Positions 52,095 to 64,000 of a DNA stretch of 64,000 nucleotides are shown here, piece after piece. Position numbers and translations under genes: made by a program. Numbering within the stretch: position 1 is the stretch's first letter; each line of letters starts with the position of its first letter. The DNA is from Octopus sinensis (lineage: Eukaryota). The notes beneath the pieces are model-generated. The model was not told the DNA's origin and made no database searches. It saw nothing but the letters and a program-made list of their open reading frames with translations. Where the stretch lies: contig NC_043000.1 of assembly GCF_006345805.1 (NCBI RefSeq), positions 152,396,001-152,460,000 of the forward strand, written 5' to 3'.

Positions 52095-52357
52095 GTACAT
52101 ATATATATATATACATACATACACACACACATATATACACACACACACATATATATACACACACACACATACACATATATATACACACACACATATATAC
52201 ACACACACATATATACACACACACATATATACACACACACACACACATATATATACACACACACACATATATATACACACACACACACATATATACACCA
52301 CACACACACATATATACACACACACACACATATATATATACACACACACATATATAT

Positions 52358-52442
<85 letters not shown>

Positions 52443-52458
52443 CACACATACACACACA

Positions 52459-52490
<32 letters not shown>

Positions 52491-52500
52491 TATGTATGTA
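52095..52500. repeat. Compound (CA)n/(TA)n microsatellite
   Basis: Direct reading. Confidence 0.95.
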
Positions 52501-53008
52501 CACATACATGCACATATCCTCCTTAACATTACTTTAACATCCTCTTTTCCATGTTTCCATTGGTCAAATGATAATTTCATCAAAAGAGAATTATCTATGA
52601 CTCACCAACACATGCAGCATTTTCACAATTCTGTCAAACAATGACCACTTATTCCTGTTTTGTAGAAGATTGTAAACAAATGATATTAATAGTAATTCTC
52701 AGCACACAAATCTGAAGACAAAGGGGAAAACACATACACAGGTTTCTTCTAGTTTCCTTCAACTAAATTTTTCTTAGAAGCTATTGGTCAACCTATGGTT
52801 ACAGCGGAAAAACAGCAGTTGACAGTGTCCACACTATGGGAACAAGCCCTCAATCATGTTGTTCAGAAAGGAACTTCTCAACTACATAGCCATACTTGCA
52901 TGTATGTATATGGGTTCAATACCATTGAAAAGCACCTTGTGCAAGCGTCTTCTACTATAGCCTCAAGCCAACCAAAGTCTTCTGAGTGGATTTGGTAAGC
53001 AAAAATTG

Positions 53009-53418
53009 ATAGGCGCAGGAGTGGCTGTGTGGTAAGTAGCTTGCTAACCAACCACATGGTTCCGGGTTCAATCCTACTGCATAGCATCTTGGGCAAGTGT
53101 CTTCTGCTATAGCCCCGGGCCGACCAATGCCTTGTGAGTGGATTTGGTAGATGGAAACTGAAAGAAGCCTGTCCTATATATGTATATATATATATGTGTG
53201 TGTGTTTGTGTGTTAGTGTGTCTGTGTTTGTCCCCCTAGCATTGCTTGACAACCGATGCTGGTGTGTTTACGTCCCTGTCACTTAGCGGTTCGGCAAAAG
53301 AGACCGATAGAATAAGTACTGGGCTTACAAAAAGAATAAGTCCTGGGGTCGATTTGCTCGACTAAAGGCGGTGCTCCAGCATGGCCGCAGTCAAATGACT
53401 GAAACAAGTAAAAGAGAG
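53009..53418 (+). mobile_element. SINE family A, full length
   Basis: Matches the other copies end to end. Confidence 0.9.
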
Positions 53419-53825
53419 AAGCCCAATGCACGCGTGTGTGTATGTGTGTGTGTATGTGTGTGTGTATGTGTGTGTGTGTGTATATTATTATTAGACTACA
53501 GCCATGCTGGGGCACTGCTTTAAAGGGCTTAGTTGAACAAATCAATCTCATCTTTTAAGACTGATACTTACTCTATCAATCTCTTTTATATATACAAGAG
53601 CTTTTATGCACCACGAGTTCATATGAGAAGTCCCCCTCTCAAGGTAAGTAATGCAGTATTCTGTGTTCTAACACAGCATCCGTGTTAAGTTGGAGATAAA
53701 GGCTGCCTTTGTCTCAATCACTGCTTCTGTCTCAGTTATTTTTAATAATCTCACTGGCTATTTGCAACACCAGTGCCTGAATAGACATTGTCAGGAGATT
53801 CAGCTGTTATGTTGCTACTGGTTGT

Positions 53826-53872
53826 CTGTCACTGATGAGCTCACAGCAGAGTGAAACCAAGTGATCTGAAAG
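53826..53872 (+). ncRNA. Type I hammerhead-ribozyme-like motif in a 268-bp direct-repeat unit
   Basis: CTGTCA-CTGATGA-GCTC-acagca-GAGT-GAAA-CCA-ag-TGA-TC-TGAAAG. Core intact; one mismatch each in stems I and III. Confidence 0.55.
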
Positions 53873-54728
53873 CTCCAGCAGCCATAGCAGACAATTCTTG
53901 TCTTTCAATGATATAAATACAAGTGCTCCTTTGTTCTAACACAACATCCAAGTCAAGTTGGAGATAAAGATTGCCTTTTGGTAATAATGTGGTTTCTATG
54001 ACTATCATATATATATATATATATACTCTTTTACTCATTTACTGAATTCAAATTTCCACTGGATGAAGATTAACATCATGCTTGAAACTTTGAGTACCAA
54101 TGAATTTGAATCAAACCGTTTTGATCTATACATGTTACTCCAAATAAACAAATAAATGTGCTGAGTGCCCTTCTTTTGTTTGTCCGCTCACTCATGTATG
54201 TATGTATGTATATATATAATATTAGGGAATATTTTTCCAAACTTACAAGGAAAAATTCAATTTAATAATACTAAATCAAATTTCAAAATATATAATATAT
54301 GTATATAAATTAAAGTATATAATTGGTAAATTATATACTTTTTATTTACTATTTTGTATTTTACTTAATTATTGGTATATGTTTTATCATATATTTAATG
54401 TTTTTTTTCTATATGGTATAATTTAATTATACCATTGTTATTTCATTGTTGAATTGATAAAAGGTGGTTCTTCTCTAATTTATATACATATAAATAAATA
54501 AAATAAATAGAATAAAAAAAATAGATATATATATATATATATATTTATATATAAATTTATAAATATAAATTAATAATTTAAAATTTTTAACTTTAAATTT
54601 AAATAATTTAAATTTTGAATTTTATATTTTATATATTTTGTATATTATATTAATTAATTTTATTTCTATGTTTTGGTTTATGTTTTTCACTGTTTAATTT
54701 GCCTAATAATGGTTTTATCTCTAATTTA

Positions 54729-54765
<37 letters not shown>

Positions 54766-54974
54766 GGTTCAGTCATTGAGACTTTTTCAACTGTAAATAT
54801 GGAAAACAATTAAATTTTAGAAAAATTAAAAGAACAGTTTTTTAAAAGAATATTTGCATAGTATTGAAATACAAAGGGCATTTTCTTTGTTTCTGCCAGT
54901 CTCTGTCTCTCTTGTTGACTTGGCTCAATAGGAGCTTATATTTACTCCACACAGTGTTCCAGAATTTCACTGTT

Positions 54975-55916
54975 TTATTCCCTTTTAACAGCTTTTTCAC
55001 TAACTTCCCATAGTCTTTTCGCTCCATCCTCATTTAGTCCATTGCTATTAAGGTCTTCTTGGCTGCAATTTGAATAGTAGTAACCAGATTCATTTTGTAA
55101 CTTTTCAGACAGAATACAATACAAAGTTGTCTGTGCTCCTTGTGCAGGAGTTTTCAAAAATAATCTGGAAATGCAATCAAAATATCTTAAAAATTGTGGC
55201 ACTGTGTGACGCATAATATCTGTGAGAACAATTCCTGGATTAACACAATAGACATTAACCCCACTGCCTTCTAATCTCTTGGATAATTCACGACAAAACC
55301 AGAGATTTGCAAGTTTGCTAGATTTGTAAGCTTCAGTGCCATTATAACTGTCCCTCCAGTTAATATCATCAAAGTTTATCCGAGCGTCTTTGTACATGAA
55401 ACTGGACAGTACTACAATTCTTGATGGAGCAGACTTTTTTAGCAAATCCAGAAGCAATGTTGTTAATAGAAAATGTCCCAAGTGGTTCACTTGAAAATGT
55501 GTTTCGAATCCATCTTCTGTATATAATGAAGGACAACGATAAACTCCAGCATTATTGACTAAAATATCTAAATGTGGTTCCTCCTCATTTATCCTTGCAC
55601 AAAATTTACGGACAGACTCGAATGAAGACAGATCTAATTCACGTACGACAACCTCATTTTTACCAGAATCTTTTGTAGCATCACGTATTTCTTTTGCGGC
55701 TGCTTCAGCCTTTTCTAGATTTCTACAAGCCATAATCACCCTGGCATTCCTTTTTGCACACTCTAAAGCAGTCTGTTTTCCAAGTCCTGTATTTGCTCCA
55801 GTAACAATTACAGTTTTACCATCCAAATATTCAGAACATTGGTGCTTTATAAAGCGAGAGCAGAAGTTATTACTTGACTGGTGAGTCCCAGTAGCACCAG
55901 GAACACAGGTACACAT
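54975..55916 (-). CDS. Retinol dehydrogenase 11/12/13/14-like short-chain dehydrogenase/reductase
   Basis: Uninterrupted 313-aa frame from ATG 55916 with TGANTGLG, LDL, NNAG, NHLGHFLLT, VLSS and YKSSK motifs. A strong acceptor (ttttcttttattttgcag|) at 55926/55925 means the true start may lie in an upstream exon. AATAAA overlaps the stop codon. Confidence 0.95.
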   Translation of the reverse strand: MCTCVPGATGTHQSSNNFCSRFIKHQCSEYLDGKTVIVTGANTGLGKQTALECAKRNARVIMACRNLEKAEAAAKEIRDATKDSGKNEVVVRELDLSSFESVRKFCARINEEEPHLDILVNNAGVYRCPSLYTEDGFETHFQVNHLGHFLLTTLLLDLLKKSAPSRIVVLSSFMYKDARINFDDINWRDSYNGTEAYKSSKLANLWFCRELSKRLEGSGVNVYCVNPGIVLTDIMRHTVPQFLRYFDCISRLFLKTPAQGAQTTLYCILSEKLQNESGYYYSNCSQEDLNSNGLNEDGAKRLWEVSEKAVKRE

Positions 55917-56699
55917 TTCAGTTGGCTGCAAAATAAAAGAAAAAACGGAAATTAGAAAGATTCTATCAATAACTGTGTTTGGATTATTCTAGAAGAATTA
56001 GTGACAGTCAACTGACTGAAAGCACAATAGTTTGTATCAAGTTGCTGCTGTCACAGTACCGTGTCCCTCTGTCAAGATACTTAACACTCACAACTTCACC
56101 CCACATATTTATAAAGCCAACGATGGAGCATGTGTACTAGAAATAATAGCCAAATTACCCTCAAATTGCACTTTACCCTCTTGGACACATTAATCAATGG
56201 GTTGATCCTTGAATTCACTATCAGTGAAAAGACAGTTATGATTGGAATATCTTTCATGACAGACTTACTTGATAAGAACTGATCTCGGGCCTAACAACAA
56301 TAACTTATGCAATACCGTAAATATCTCACTCATATCTTGAGGTCCAGCTATTGATTCTGGTTTATACTGTAGGCATCAGGGATCTGTGGTTAAGAAACTC
56401 GCTTTCCAAACATATGATCTTGGGTTCAGTTCTAATGCATGGCACCTTGGGTATGTCTTCAACTACAGTTCCAGGTCAACCAAAGTATTATGAGTGGATT
56501 CGGTAAACAGAAACAGAAAGAAGCCTGTCAAATCTGTGTGTGTGTTTGTGTGTGTGTGACAATATATGGAGTCAAGTAATCCAGCAGTGCTTGTAAAAAA
56601 GTTCCTTAATGTCCCCTTCTACAAAACATATACAATATATAGCACAATACAAGTGAAAATGATAAGAAGTGTATAAAGTCATAAATGACACATATATTC

Positions 56700-56917
56700 T
56701 TTATTCTTTTATTCTTTTACTTGTTTCAGTCATTTGACTGTAGCCATGCTGGAGCACCACCTTTAGTCAAATAAATCGACCCCAGGACTTATTCTTTGTA
56801 AGCCTAGTATTTATTCTATTGGTCTCTTATGCCAAACCACTAAGTTACAAGGATGTAAACACACCAACACCAGTTGTCAAGCGATGGGGGTAGGGACAAA
56901 CACAGACACACACAAAC

Positions 56918-56957
<40 letters not shown>

Positions 56958-57128
56958 GCATATACACGACGAGCTTCTGTCAGTTTCCGTCTACCAAATC
57001 CACTCACAAGGCTTTGGTCAGCCTGAGGCTATAAAGCTATAGTAGAAGACACTTGCCCAAGGCACCACGCAGTGGGAATGAACCCAGAACCATGTTGGTA
57101 AGCAAGCTACTTACCACCCAGCCACTCC
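56700..57128 (-). mobile_element. SINE family A
   Basis: Diverged reverse-complement copy. A partial + strand copy lies at about 56370-56560. Confidence 0.85.
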
Positions 57129-57716
57129 GTCTATATATGTATGAGATCTAATCAATAAGTATCCAGACTGGTGCTACAAAAAACAAAACTACAACACATA
57201 CTAATTTGGCATTTAATCTCCTTCAAAGTAGTCCCTTTCTGAAGCCACACACTTAATCCAGCGCAGTTTCCAATGATGAAAGCACTCCTGGAACTTGTCT
57301 TCTGGAATAATCAGCAGCTGCCTTATCACATTCACTTTGATTTCCTCAAATCCTGAAATCTTCTTCTTTTAAAACGGGATTTGATTTTTGGAAAGAGGAA
57401 AAAGTCGCAAGAGACGAGATCTTGGCAATACGGTGGCTGTCAGACCTGGGGAATGCTGTGCCTAGCCAAAACTGCTGCACAAGCTGTGCTGAATGGGTGG
57501 GGGGCCTGCAAGCAAAACAGTAAATTGGGGATCCACAGTAGTATATTAAAGGTCCAAGGAAAAAATTTTGTTTCAGATGTATATATTGCAAGAAAGAGTA
57601 GTTCAACCTACAGAACTTCATGTGTGAAAAGCAAAAAGTGAATTTTGAAAGGGGTATCTGTAAAACTAGTTTTTAAACATCGAATGGCTATGGGGGTCAA
57701 CGAGAATCATTGTTCT

Positions 57717-58718
57717 CATCATCATCATTGTTCGACCGTGGTCGAGACAATGGAATTTCCCATGCTACACCAGACTTCACGGTCCATCATGGCATTACGG
57801 AGGTCCTGTCGCTGGATGCTTGTATCCCTGGAGATTACATCAGGGTAGGAGAGTGTGCGCCCTCTGATATTGCGAGTAGATGGCTTCCAGAAGAGAAGAG
57901 TAGAAATTGCCTCGTTTTCAGCTCTACAACAATGTCCAGCAAACTGGACTCTCCTACCTTTCACAAGAGATGACACAGGTGGTAGTTTCCCATATATTTG
58001 CATTTTGGTTGGAAGGTGCTTCCACGAGAGATTTTGAGCTCTCATAAGGAGGCGAGTGTAAGTTCCATCCAACCGCCTCTCAAGCTTCTTTGATAACGTC
58101 CAGGTTTCTGAGCCATATAGTAGAATTGGTTCGACTGTGGCTTTGAAGATTTCAAGTTTGAAGTCTCTACTTAGATTTGATGACCAGATCTTATGCATAT
58201 CATTACAGGCTGATCAGGCCATACCCTTTCTAGTTAGAAAATCTTTTCCAGATGATGATATGTATGACCCAAGATATTTGTAATCAGAAACCATATTTAA
58301 GGGCGCATTGTTGAGAGTATGGATGATGCAATCACTGTTGGACAGGCACTTGTTTATGTATTCAGTTTTGGCCTCATTGATGTAAAGACCTACACAATTT
58401 GAGGCTAGTTCGAGAGATTGTAAAAGAGACTGGGCATTGGAGAGAGAATCACTGATAAGAGCGATGTCGTCAGCAAAGTCAGTGTCTGTCAAGTATTCAG
58501 CTGGGTGTCTGGAACTTCTTCTTGGTTTTATTTCAAAGCCTTTGCCAGAGATGGTATCAACTGACACACGTAGTACATAGTCAACGACAATGATGAAAAG
58601 AAATGGGGCGAGTGTGTCTCCCTGCAGTATTCCGGCTTTGATTGAGAAAGATGATGTTTCTCCGTCAGGGGTTAAGATGGTTGAAGACGTATCTGTGTAG
58701 AGGACCTTGATGGCAGAG
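57717..58718 (-). pseudogene. 5'-truncated RTE-clade LINE (RT C-terminal half)
   Basis: GILQGDTLAPFLF, FADDIAL, YKYLG, ILLYGSETW and FAGHC. One in-frame stop at 58211-58213 and a (TGA)n tail. Candidate TSD attgttct at 57709-57716 and 58719-58726. Confidence 0.92.
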
Positions 58719-58959
58719 ATTGTTCTAGATGATCAGGTAGATGAGCAAAAGCTTATAGAATTATGCATGTATCCAATAATACAATGGATTTTACAGAATG
58801 TTTACTCAGAGTCTATAAGCCACCAGTCCAGAACCATATTCATTTGGCTAATTTACTTCTACAAAGAAAAATAACCAATCCACCAACTAGTGTTTAAGCT
58901 TTTTGAGAAAATGCAGTTTACAAGTGTAAATTGAAATCGAAATCAAAATTGAACCAATC

Positions 58960-59386
58960 CTATGACTGGCACCCGGCAGATGCCAGGACCCCTGGACTGG
59001 AGATACGTAAAAAGCACTATCCGAATCGTGGCCAATGCCAGCATCGCCTCGCCTGGCTTCCGTGTCGGTGGAACGTAAAAGGCACCATCCGAATCGTGGC
59101 CGATGCCAGTGCCACCTCGACTGGCTTCCGTGCAGGTGGTACGTAAAATGCACCAATCCGACCATGGCCGATGCCAGCCTCGCCTGGCACCTGTGCAGGT
59201 GGCATGTAAAAAGCACCCACTACACTCATGGAGTGGTTGGTGTTAGGAAGGGCATCCAGCTGTAGAAACATTGCCAGATAAGACCGGAGCCTGGTGCAGC
59301 CTCCTGGCTTCCCAGATCCCCGGTCGAACCGTCCAACCCATGCTAGCATGGAGAACGGACGTTGAACGATGATGATGATGATGATG
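58960..59386 (+). mobile_element. RTE-type 3'UTR repeat (truncated LINE or SINE) with internal tandem subrepeats and (GAT)n tail
   Basis: Repeated ggcttccgtg..ggtggcacgtaaaa..cacc units. The 3' end is shared with 17053-17300. Confidence 0.75.
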
Positions 59387-59946
59387 AAGTGTAGGAAACT
59401 AGAAACTGTATAAACAAGTGTTGGGATAATTGGTTAATCTTCTTTAACCCTCTAGCATTTACACTGGCTACATCCTGCCCAAATATTCTACTTGTTTTAT
59501 GCTCAAACTGGCCAGATCTGACCTCTCACACTTACCCTACAATTTCATTTTAAAAATAAACAAATCTCAACATTGAAAAATCTCAAAGTTATGAGATAAT
59601 GCATGATGAAGGTTTAATTCACTTTTAAATGCCTTTTCACTAGCATCCCTTAGTCTTTTGGCTCCATCCTCAATTAATCCATTGCTTAAGAGCAAAGGTC
59701 TTCTTAATTGCAATTTGAATAATAATATCTGGATTCATTAAAAAAATTATGTGAATACATAAGCATTGCATTTGACGGACAAATATGAATGTTAAAGAGT
59801 TAATAATGAAATATTGGAGTGAGATGGATTCTATGAAGCAGATTAGCTCTAATATCTTAGCAAACATTTAATTTGGTTCTTCCATAAGTAAAGGACAATG
59901 GAGCTGAATATAAATCTATGGTCCCCTTTAAAGCTTTTATGGTCTA

Positions 59947-60440
59947 CTAGCAGTATCGCCCGGCGTTGCTCGGGTTTGTAAGGGAAATAACTACAAAGCA
60001 TTTTTAGAGAGTTATAGCCAAAAAATAGCAAAAAAATGCATTATAAATGGGAAAAAAATGATGGTAAATTTTTTTTAAATCGTTGACTCATCGTAGACAT
60101 TTTTAGAGAGTTATAGCCAAAAAATAGCAAAAAAATGCATTATAAATGGGAAAAAAATGATGGTAAATTTTTTTTAAATCGTTGACTCATCGTAGACATT
60201 TTTAGAGAGTTACTTCCCTTATATAATAGCGAAAAAATGCATTAAAATGGAAAAAAATGATGGTAAATTTTTTTTTAAATTGTAGACTCATCATAGACGC
60301 GCGCTAATACCAGAAGGGCTCGATATGTATCATGACTATAAGATACCCGGTTTTGGTTAAACTGCACCGCAAAATGTGGGAGTAGTTAGGAATCTAAATC
60401 GTAGGAGACAGACACACAACTTGACTTTTATATATAAAGA
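59947..60440 (-). mobile_element. Non-autonomous Helitron (same type as 35763-36161) with an internal tandem duplication
   Basis: On the - strand A|TCTTTATATATAAAAG...CTAG|T. A block of about 100 bp is duplicated at 60000-60210. Confidence 0.85.
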
Positions 60441-60481
60441 TTAGAAAAACATTTTCTCATAGAAATTTTTAATAAAGGTAT

Positions 60482-60548
60482 CCTCTGGTATAAACACCCT
60501 GTTTTCCCCACCTTAAGGGTGGGGAAAACACGGTGTTTATACCAGAGG
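60482..60548. repeat. 31-bp-arm hairpin with a 5-nt loop containing TTAA
   Basis: cctctggtataaacaccctgttttccccacc-ttaag-ggtggggaaaacacggtgtttataccagagg, one mismatch. Confidence 0.9.
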
Positions 60549-60927
60549 GTAGCAAATGTCATGGAATTAATAAAGTTCATTCAAAATATTTAAAATAAAA
60601 AAAAAACTCCCTAAATTATACAGTAATGTATGAACTATAACATGAATTCTAAACTTTTATAACTATCATGACATGGTTTATAAGCACATACACACATACA
60701 TATACATATGCGTATTTATACATGCAGTTGTAGGAATGCCATCTTCAGAGAGGAAATTGTACACATTTTCCTACTTTTCAGAAACTAAAAGCATGGAATC
60801 CAAACATTTTTGCAAAATGGCCAAGAAAAGAGATCATGTCTAATTTTGTTGATTTCCATTACATGCAAATGAATTTAAGTTGTTTGTTAGTTCATTTGAG
60901 GTGGAATTAAACACTATCAAAAGGTTA

Positions 60928-61323
60928 TCTCTTTTACTTGTTTCAGTCATTTGACTGTGGCCATGCTGGAGCACCGCCTTAAGTCGAGCAAATTGACCCC
61001 AGGACTTATTCTTTGTAAGCCCAGTATTTATTCTATCGTCTCTTTTGCCGAACTGCTAAGTGACGGGAACGTAAACACACCAGCATCGGTTGTCAAGCAA
61101 TGCTAGGGGGACAATCACAGACACACAAACATATACACACACACTTATATATATACATATATACGACAGGCTTCTTTCAATTTCCATCTACCAAATCCAC
61201 TCACAAGGCATTGGTCGGCCCGGGGCTATAGCAGAAGACACTTGCCCAAGGTGCCACGCAGTGGGACTGAACCCGGAGCCATGTGGTTGGTTAGCAAGCT
61301 ACTTACCACATAGCCACTCCTGC
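60928..61323 (-). mobile_element. SINE family A
   Basis: Near-full reverse-complement copy. Confidence 0.9.
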
Positions 61324-61661
61324 AAGGATTCAGATGGAGCTAAACAATATTTCTAGAAATGTATGAATTTCACAAGCCTGGTTGTGTAGTTAAGAAGTTT
61401 GATTTAGAGAGACATGGTGTAAGGCTTCACACAGTGTAGCACCATGAATAAATAGTTCTAGACCAACCACTATTTTGTGAGTGAATTTGGTAGGCAGGAA
61501 CTATAGGAAGTCTATCATATGTAGCAAATAACTGTTGATCTTTCATCTGTGACAGTTTGACTCTTGATATCAAACCGCCTGAGATCACCTCTGGTTCTAT
61601 GATACAAACTTACTGCTTTAAAGTGATCTCAATTATAATCTTCCATCAAAATTCTATGTTA

Positions 61662-61959
61662 CCATATTTGACGGCATATTAGACGCACTGGCATATTAGA
61701 CGCACCCTCATTTCAGTAGGTCAAATTCAGGAAAAAAAGTTTTAAGTGTATTTAAGCATATATTGCTTTGATTTTTACGATAATTCGTATTTTAAAGTAA
61801 TAATACTGGTAATAATAATAATAATAATAATACTAGCAATAAAATAATGATGCATGAGTACTGAAAATATCATTAAGGCGTTAGCATATTAGACGCAGGG
61901 CGATTTTTTGAGCCCAATTTTTTGGGAAAAAAGTGCGTCCTATATGCCGTCAAATATGG
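61662..61959. mobile_element. Tc1/mariner-superfamily (pogo-like) MITE with TA TSD
   Basis: TA|CCATATTTGACGGCATA...TATGCCGTCAAATATGG|TA, with internal repeats of gcatattagacgca. Confidence 0.85.
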
Positions 61960-62529
61960 TAATTTATTCCAGACACCAGTTTTTTTTTTACTTTCATGCT
62001 TTGGAAATTAATTGAAACAAAAGCAATATAAAGTAATGATTAATTGCCAGCCTAATGTAACAGTTCTGTTTGGGGCAAATGCTACTGTTGTTTAACCCCA
62101 GGAGACGTAGTCTCCAGCTGGTTATATGACACACGATCTGTGTCCTTATATTTCCAAACAGGGGAGGCTAGCATCCCTACCCAGCACAAAGGCAATTTCA
62201 GCAGAAATACAGTAACAAAAGCATTCAGCAAAATAGTGATGATGTTAACGTTCCTTATTGACATTATGACCAGCTGCTCATTAATTTTGAAGATCTCCAG
62301 AAGAAAAAAAATCCATACTTAAAAAAAAGCAAGTAAGGGAAGAGCATCTGGCTGTAAAATCTTGCCTCAAAATCAATTCCTGTCCAAGCTGTGCTAGCTA
62401 GGAAAAATAAATGTTGAATGAATGAATGATTTCTGTTGTGGAGTAGTTAAGGACAATAATGCTTGATAAAAGAATCTTAATTTTGGGCATATGGTGTAGT
62501 GGTTAAGTTTGATTCCAAGTAGTGACCTG

Positions 62530-63075
62530 AATAATAATAATAATAATAATAATAGTGTTATCATGTACATTGTTTTGTCTTGGTATAAAAGATGGGCTAC
62601 AGCAAATATTCTGCTCAATACCACAGATTTGCTTGTCAGTTGTTTGATGTTAACCAGTTGAGCATATCCCTTAGTGGCTGACGATATGTGCATCTCTGAT
62701 CACGAGCAGAAGTAGTGGGGGAGCATCATGGCCATGTGTTGAGAGGGATTCTTTGGGGTTTGAATAATTCACCTCTGGAAACATGAGTGTTTCATTCAAC
62801 ATCCTTAAACAACCCTTATTCAGGGACCTTTTTGAGCGGGATGGGCTACTCGACCAGAACAAAATTCTAACTGTACCCCACCTGCAAGGTCATGTGCTGT
62901 TTATCTTGATATGAGATAACCATGTCACACACATATGGTTGTGATGCATGTGCCTAGTGTACCCTTATCAGATGGGTAGTCATGATGGGTATACTGGGCT
63001 TCGTATATTTTACCCCAGTGTCACTTTGGTGGCATGTACTGCTCTCTCTCACTCAATAATAATAATAATAATAAT
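62530..63075 (+). repeat. ~550-bp interspersed repeat ending in (AAT)n
   Basis: Inverted homologue of 20805-21370. Confidence 0.7.
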
Positions 63076-63129
63076 AACAACATCGAAAAATACCTTAGGA
63101 ATGAGAACACAGATTCAAAATTTCCCCAA

Positions 63130-63175
63130 GACACCTGATGAAGGCTGGAAGGTATATCAGCCGAAACGTTGTATT
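63130..63175 (+). ncRNA. Minimal type I hammerhead-ribozyme-like motif (Penelope-type, palindromic stem III)
   Basis: GACAC-CTGATGA-A-GGCTG-10 nt-CAGCC-GAA-ACGT-T-GTATT. Core intact, 5-bp stem II, ACGU palindrome, and 4 of 5 stem I pairs. Confidence 0.65.
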
Positions 63176-63634
63176 AACAACAAACAAGATGAGGACAAAT
63201 ATCAGTCAAATGTAAATAATCTTAAATTTCAGTTATTTACTTTAAGCATCTTGTTAAAACTGTCCTTTGTTTGTATGAATGCAGTTTAGATCTAGGTAAG
63301 GCCAGATTGGACAGATTTATGATCAAAGGCATTCTAAGCATCCTATTTTAAGGTATAGTACATCAAGGACTACATCCCAGGGTTCTTTTTTGAAAGATGG
63401 TATGATTTGGTGAAAATTTGGTTTCTCATTCCAGCACTTTGAGCAACCACTGTATGTCCTGCTTGTTGATTCATCACCATTGCTATTTAACATTGAGGTA
63501 AGCTCTGAACAAGCAGACTTATAATTTTGCTATAACCATCCCTCCTGAGTAAGATTTGGGTACTATTTCTGGCAGTTTAAGGATTGCATAGAACAGTCAT
63601 GGGCAACCTGGGACTTTTTGAACTTTCTGAATGG

Positions 63635-63990
63635 CATCATCATCATCATCATCGTTTAACGTCCATTCTCCATGCTAGCATGGGTTGGACGGTTCGACCG
63701 GGGATCTGGGAAGCCAGAAGGAGGCACCAGGCTCCGGTCTTACCTGGCAATGTTTCTACAGCTGGATGTCCTTCCTAATGCCAACCACTCTGTGAGTGTA
63801 GTGGGTGCTTTTTACGTGCCACCTGCACTGGTGCCAGGCAAGGCTGGCATTGGCCACGGTCGGATTGGTGTATTTTACGTGCCACCTGCACGGAAGCCAG
63901 TCGAGGCGGCACTGGCTTCGGCCACGATTCAGATGGTGCATTATACGTGCCACCGACACGGAAGCCAGTTGAGGCGCCACAATTCGGATA
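63635..63990 (-). mobile_element. RTE-type 3'UTR repeat, inverted relative to 58960-59386
   Basis: (CAT)n followed by cgtttaacgtccattctccatgctagcatgggttggacgg and the same subrepeats. Confidence 0.75.
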
Positions 63991-64000
63991 CCTGACAAAA

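Overview
AT-rich, intron-containing animal DNA dominated by repeats. The SINE families and microsatellite load suggest an octopus/cephalopod genome; this is inferred from recalled repeat sequences, not a database search. Host coding content is small: two spliced + strand exons completing a CUB domain (1-151, 740-839) and a retinol-dehydrogenase-like SDR whose catalytic region sits in one - strand exon (54975-55925). The rest is mobile DNA: a 6-kb (TG)-derived 109-bp satellite with a 21-mer higher-order duplication, three Merlin-type elements, pogo, mariner and hAT remnants, five Helitrons, R4/Dong-, RTE- and Penelope-type retroelements, and two abundant tRNA-derived SINE families. The most unusual signal is one SINE family present as monomer, dimer, trimer, tetramer and octamer. 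The 4-mer and 8-mer each sit inside a single 17-18 bp target-site duplication, and most unit junctions form a GAAATA/TATTTC palindrome, which suggests concatemer formation by template jumping. Three minimal hammerhead-ribozyme-like motifs were also found, one inside a 268-bp retrozyme-like direct repeat. The very long His/Thr- and Cys/Val-rich ORFs are repeat artefacts. Coordinates were read by eye, and family assignments need database confirmation.
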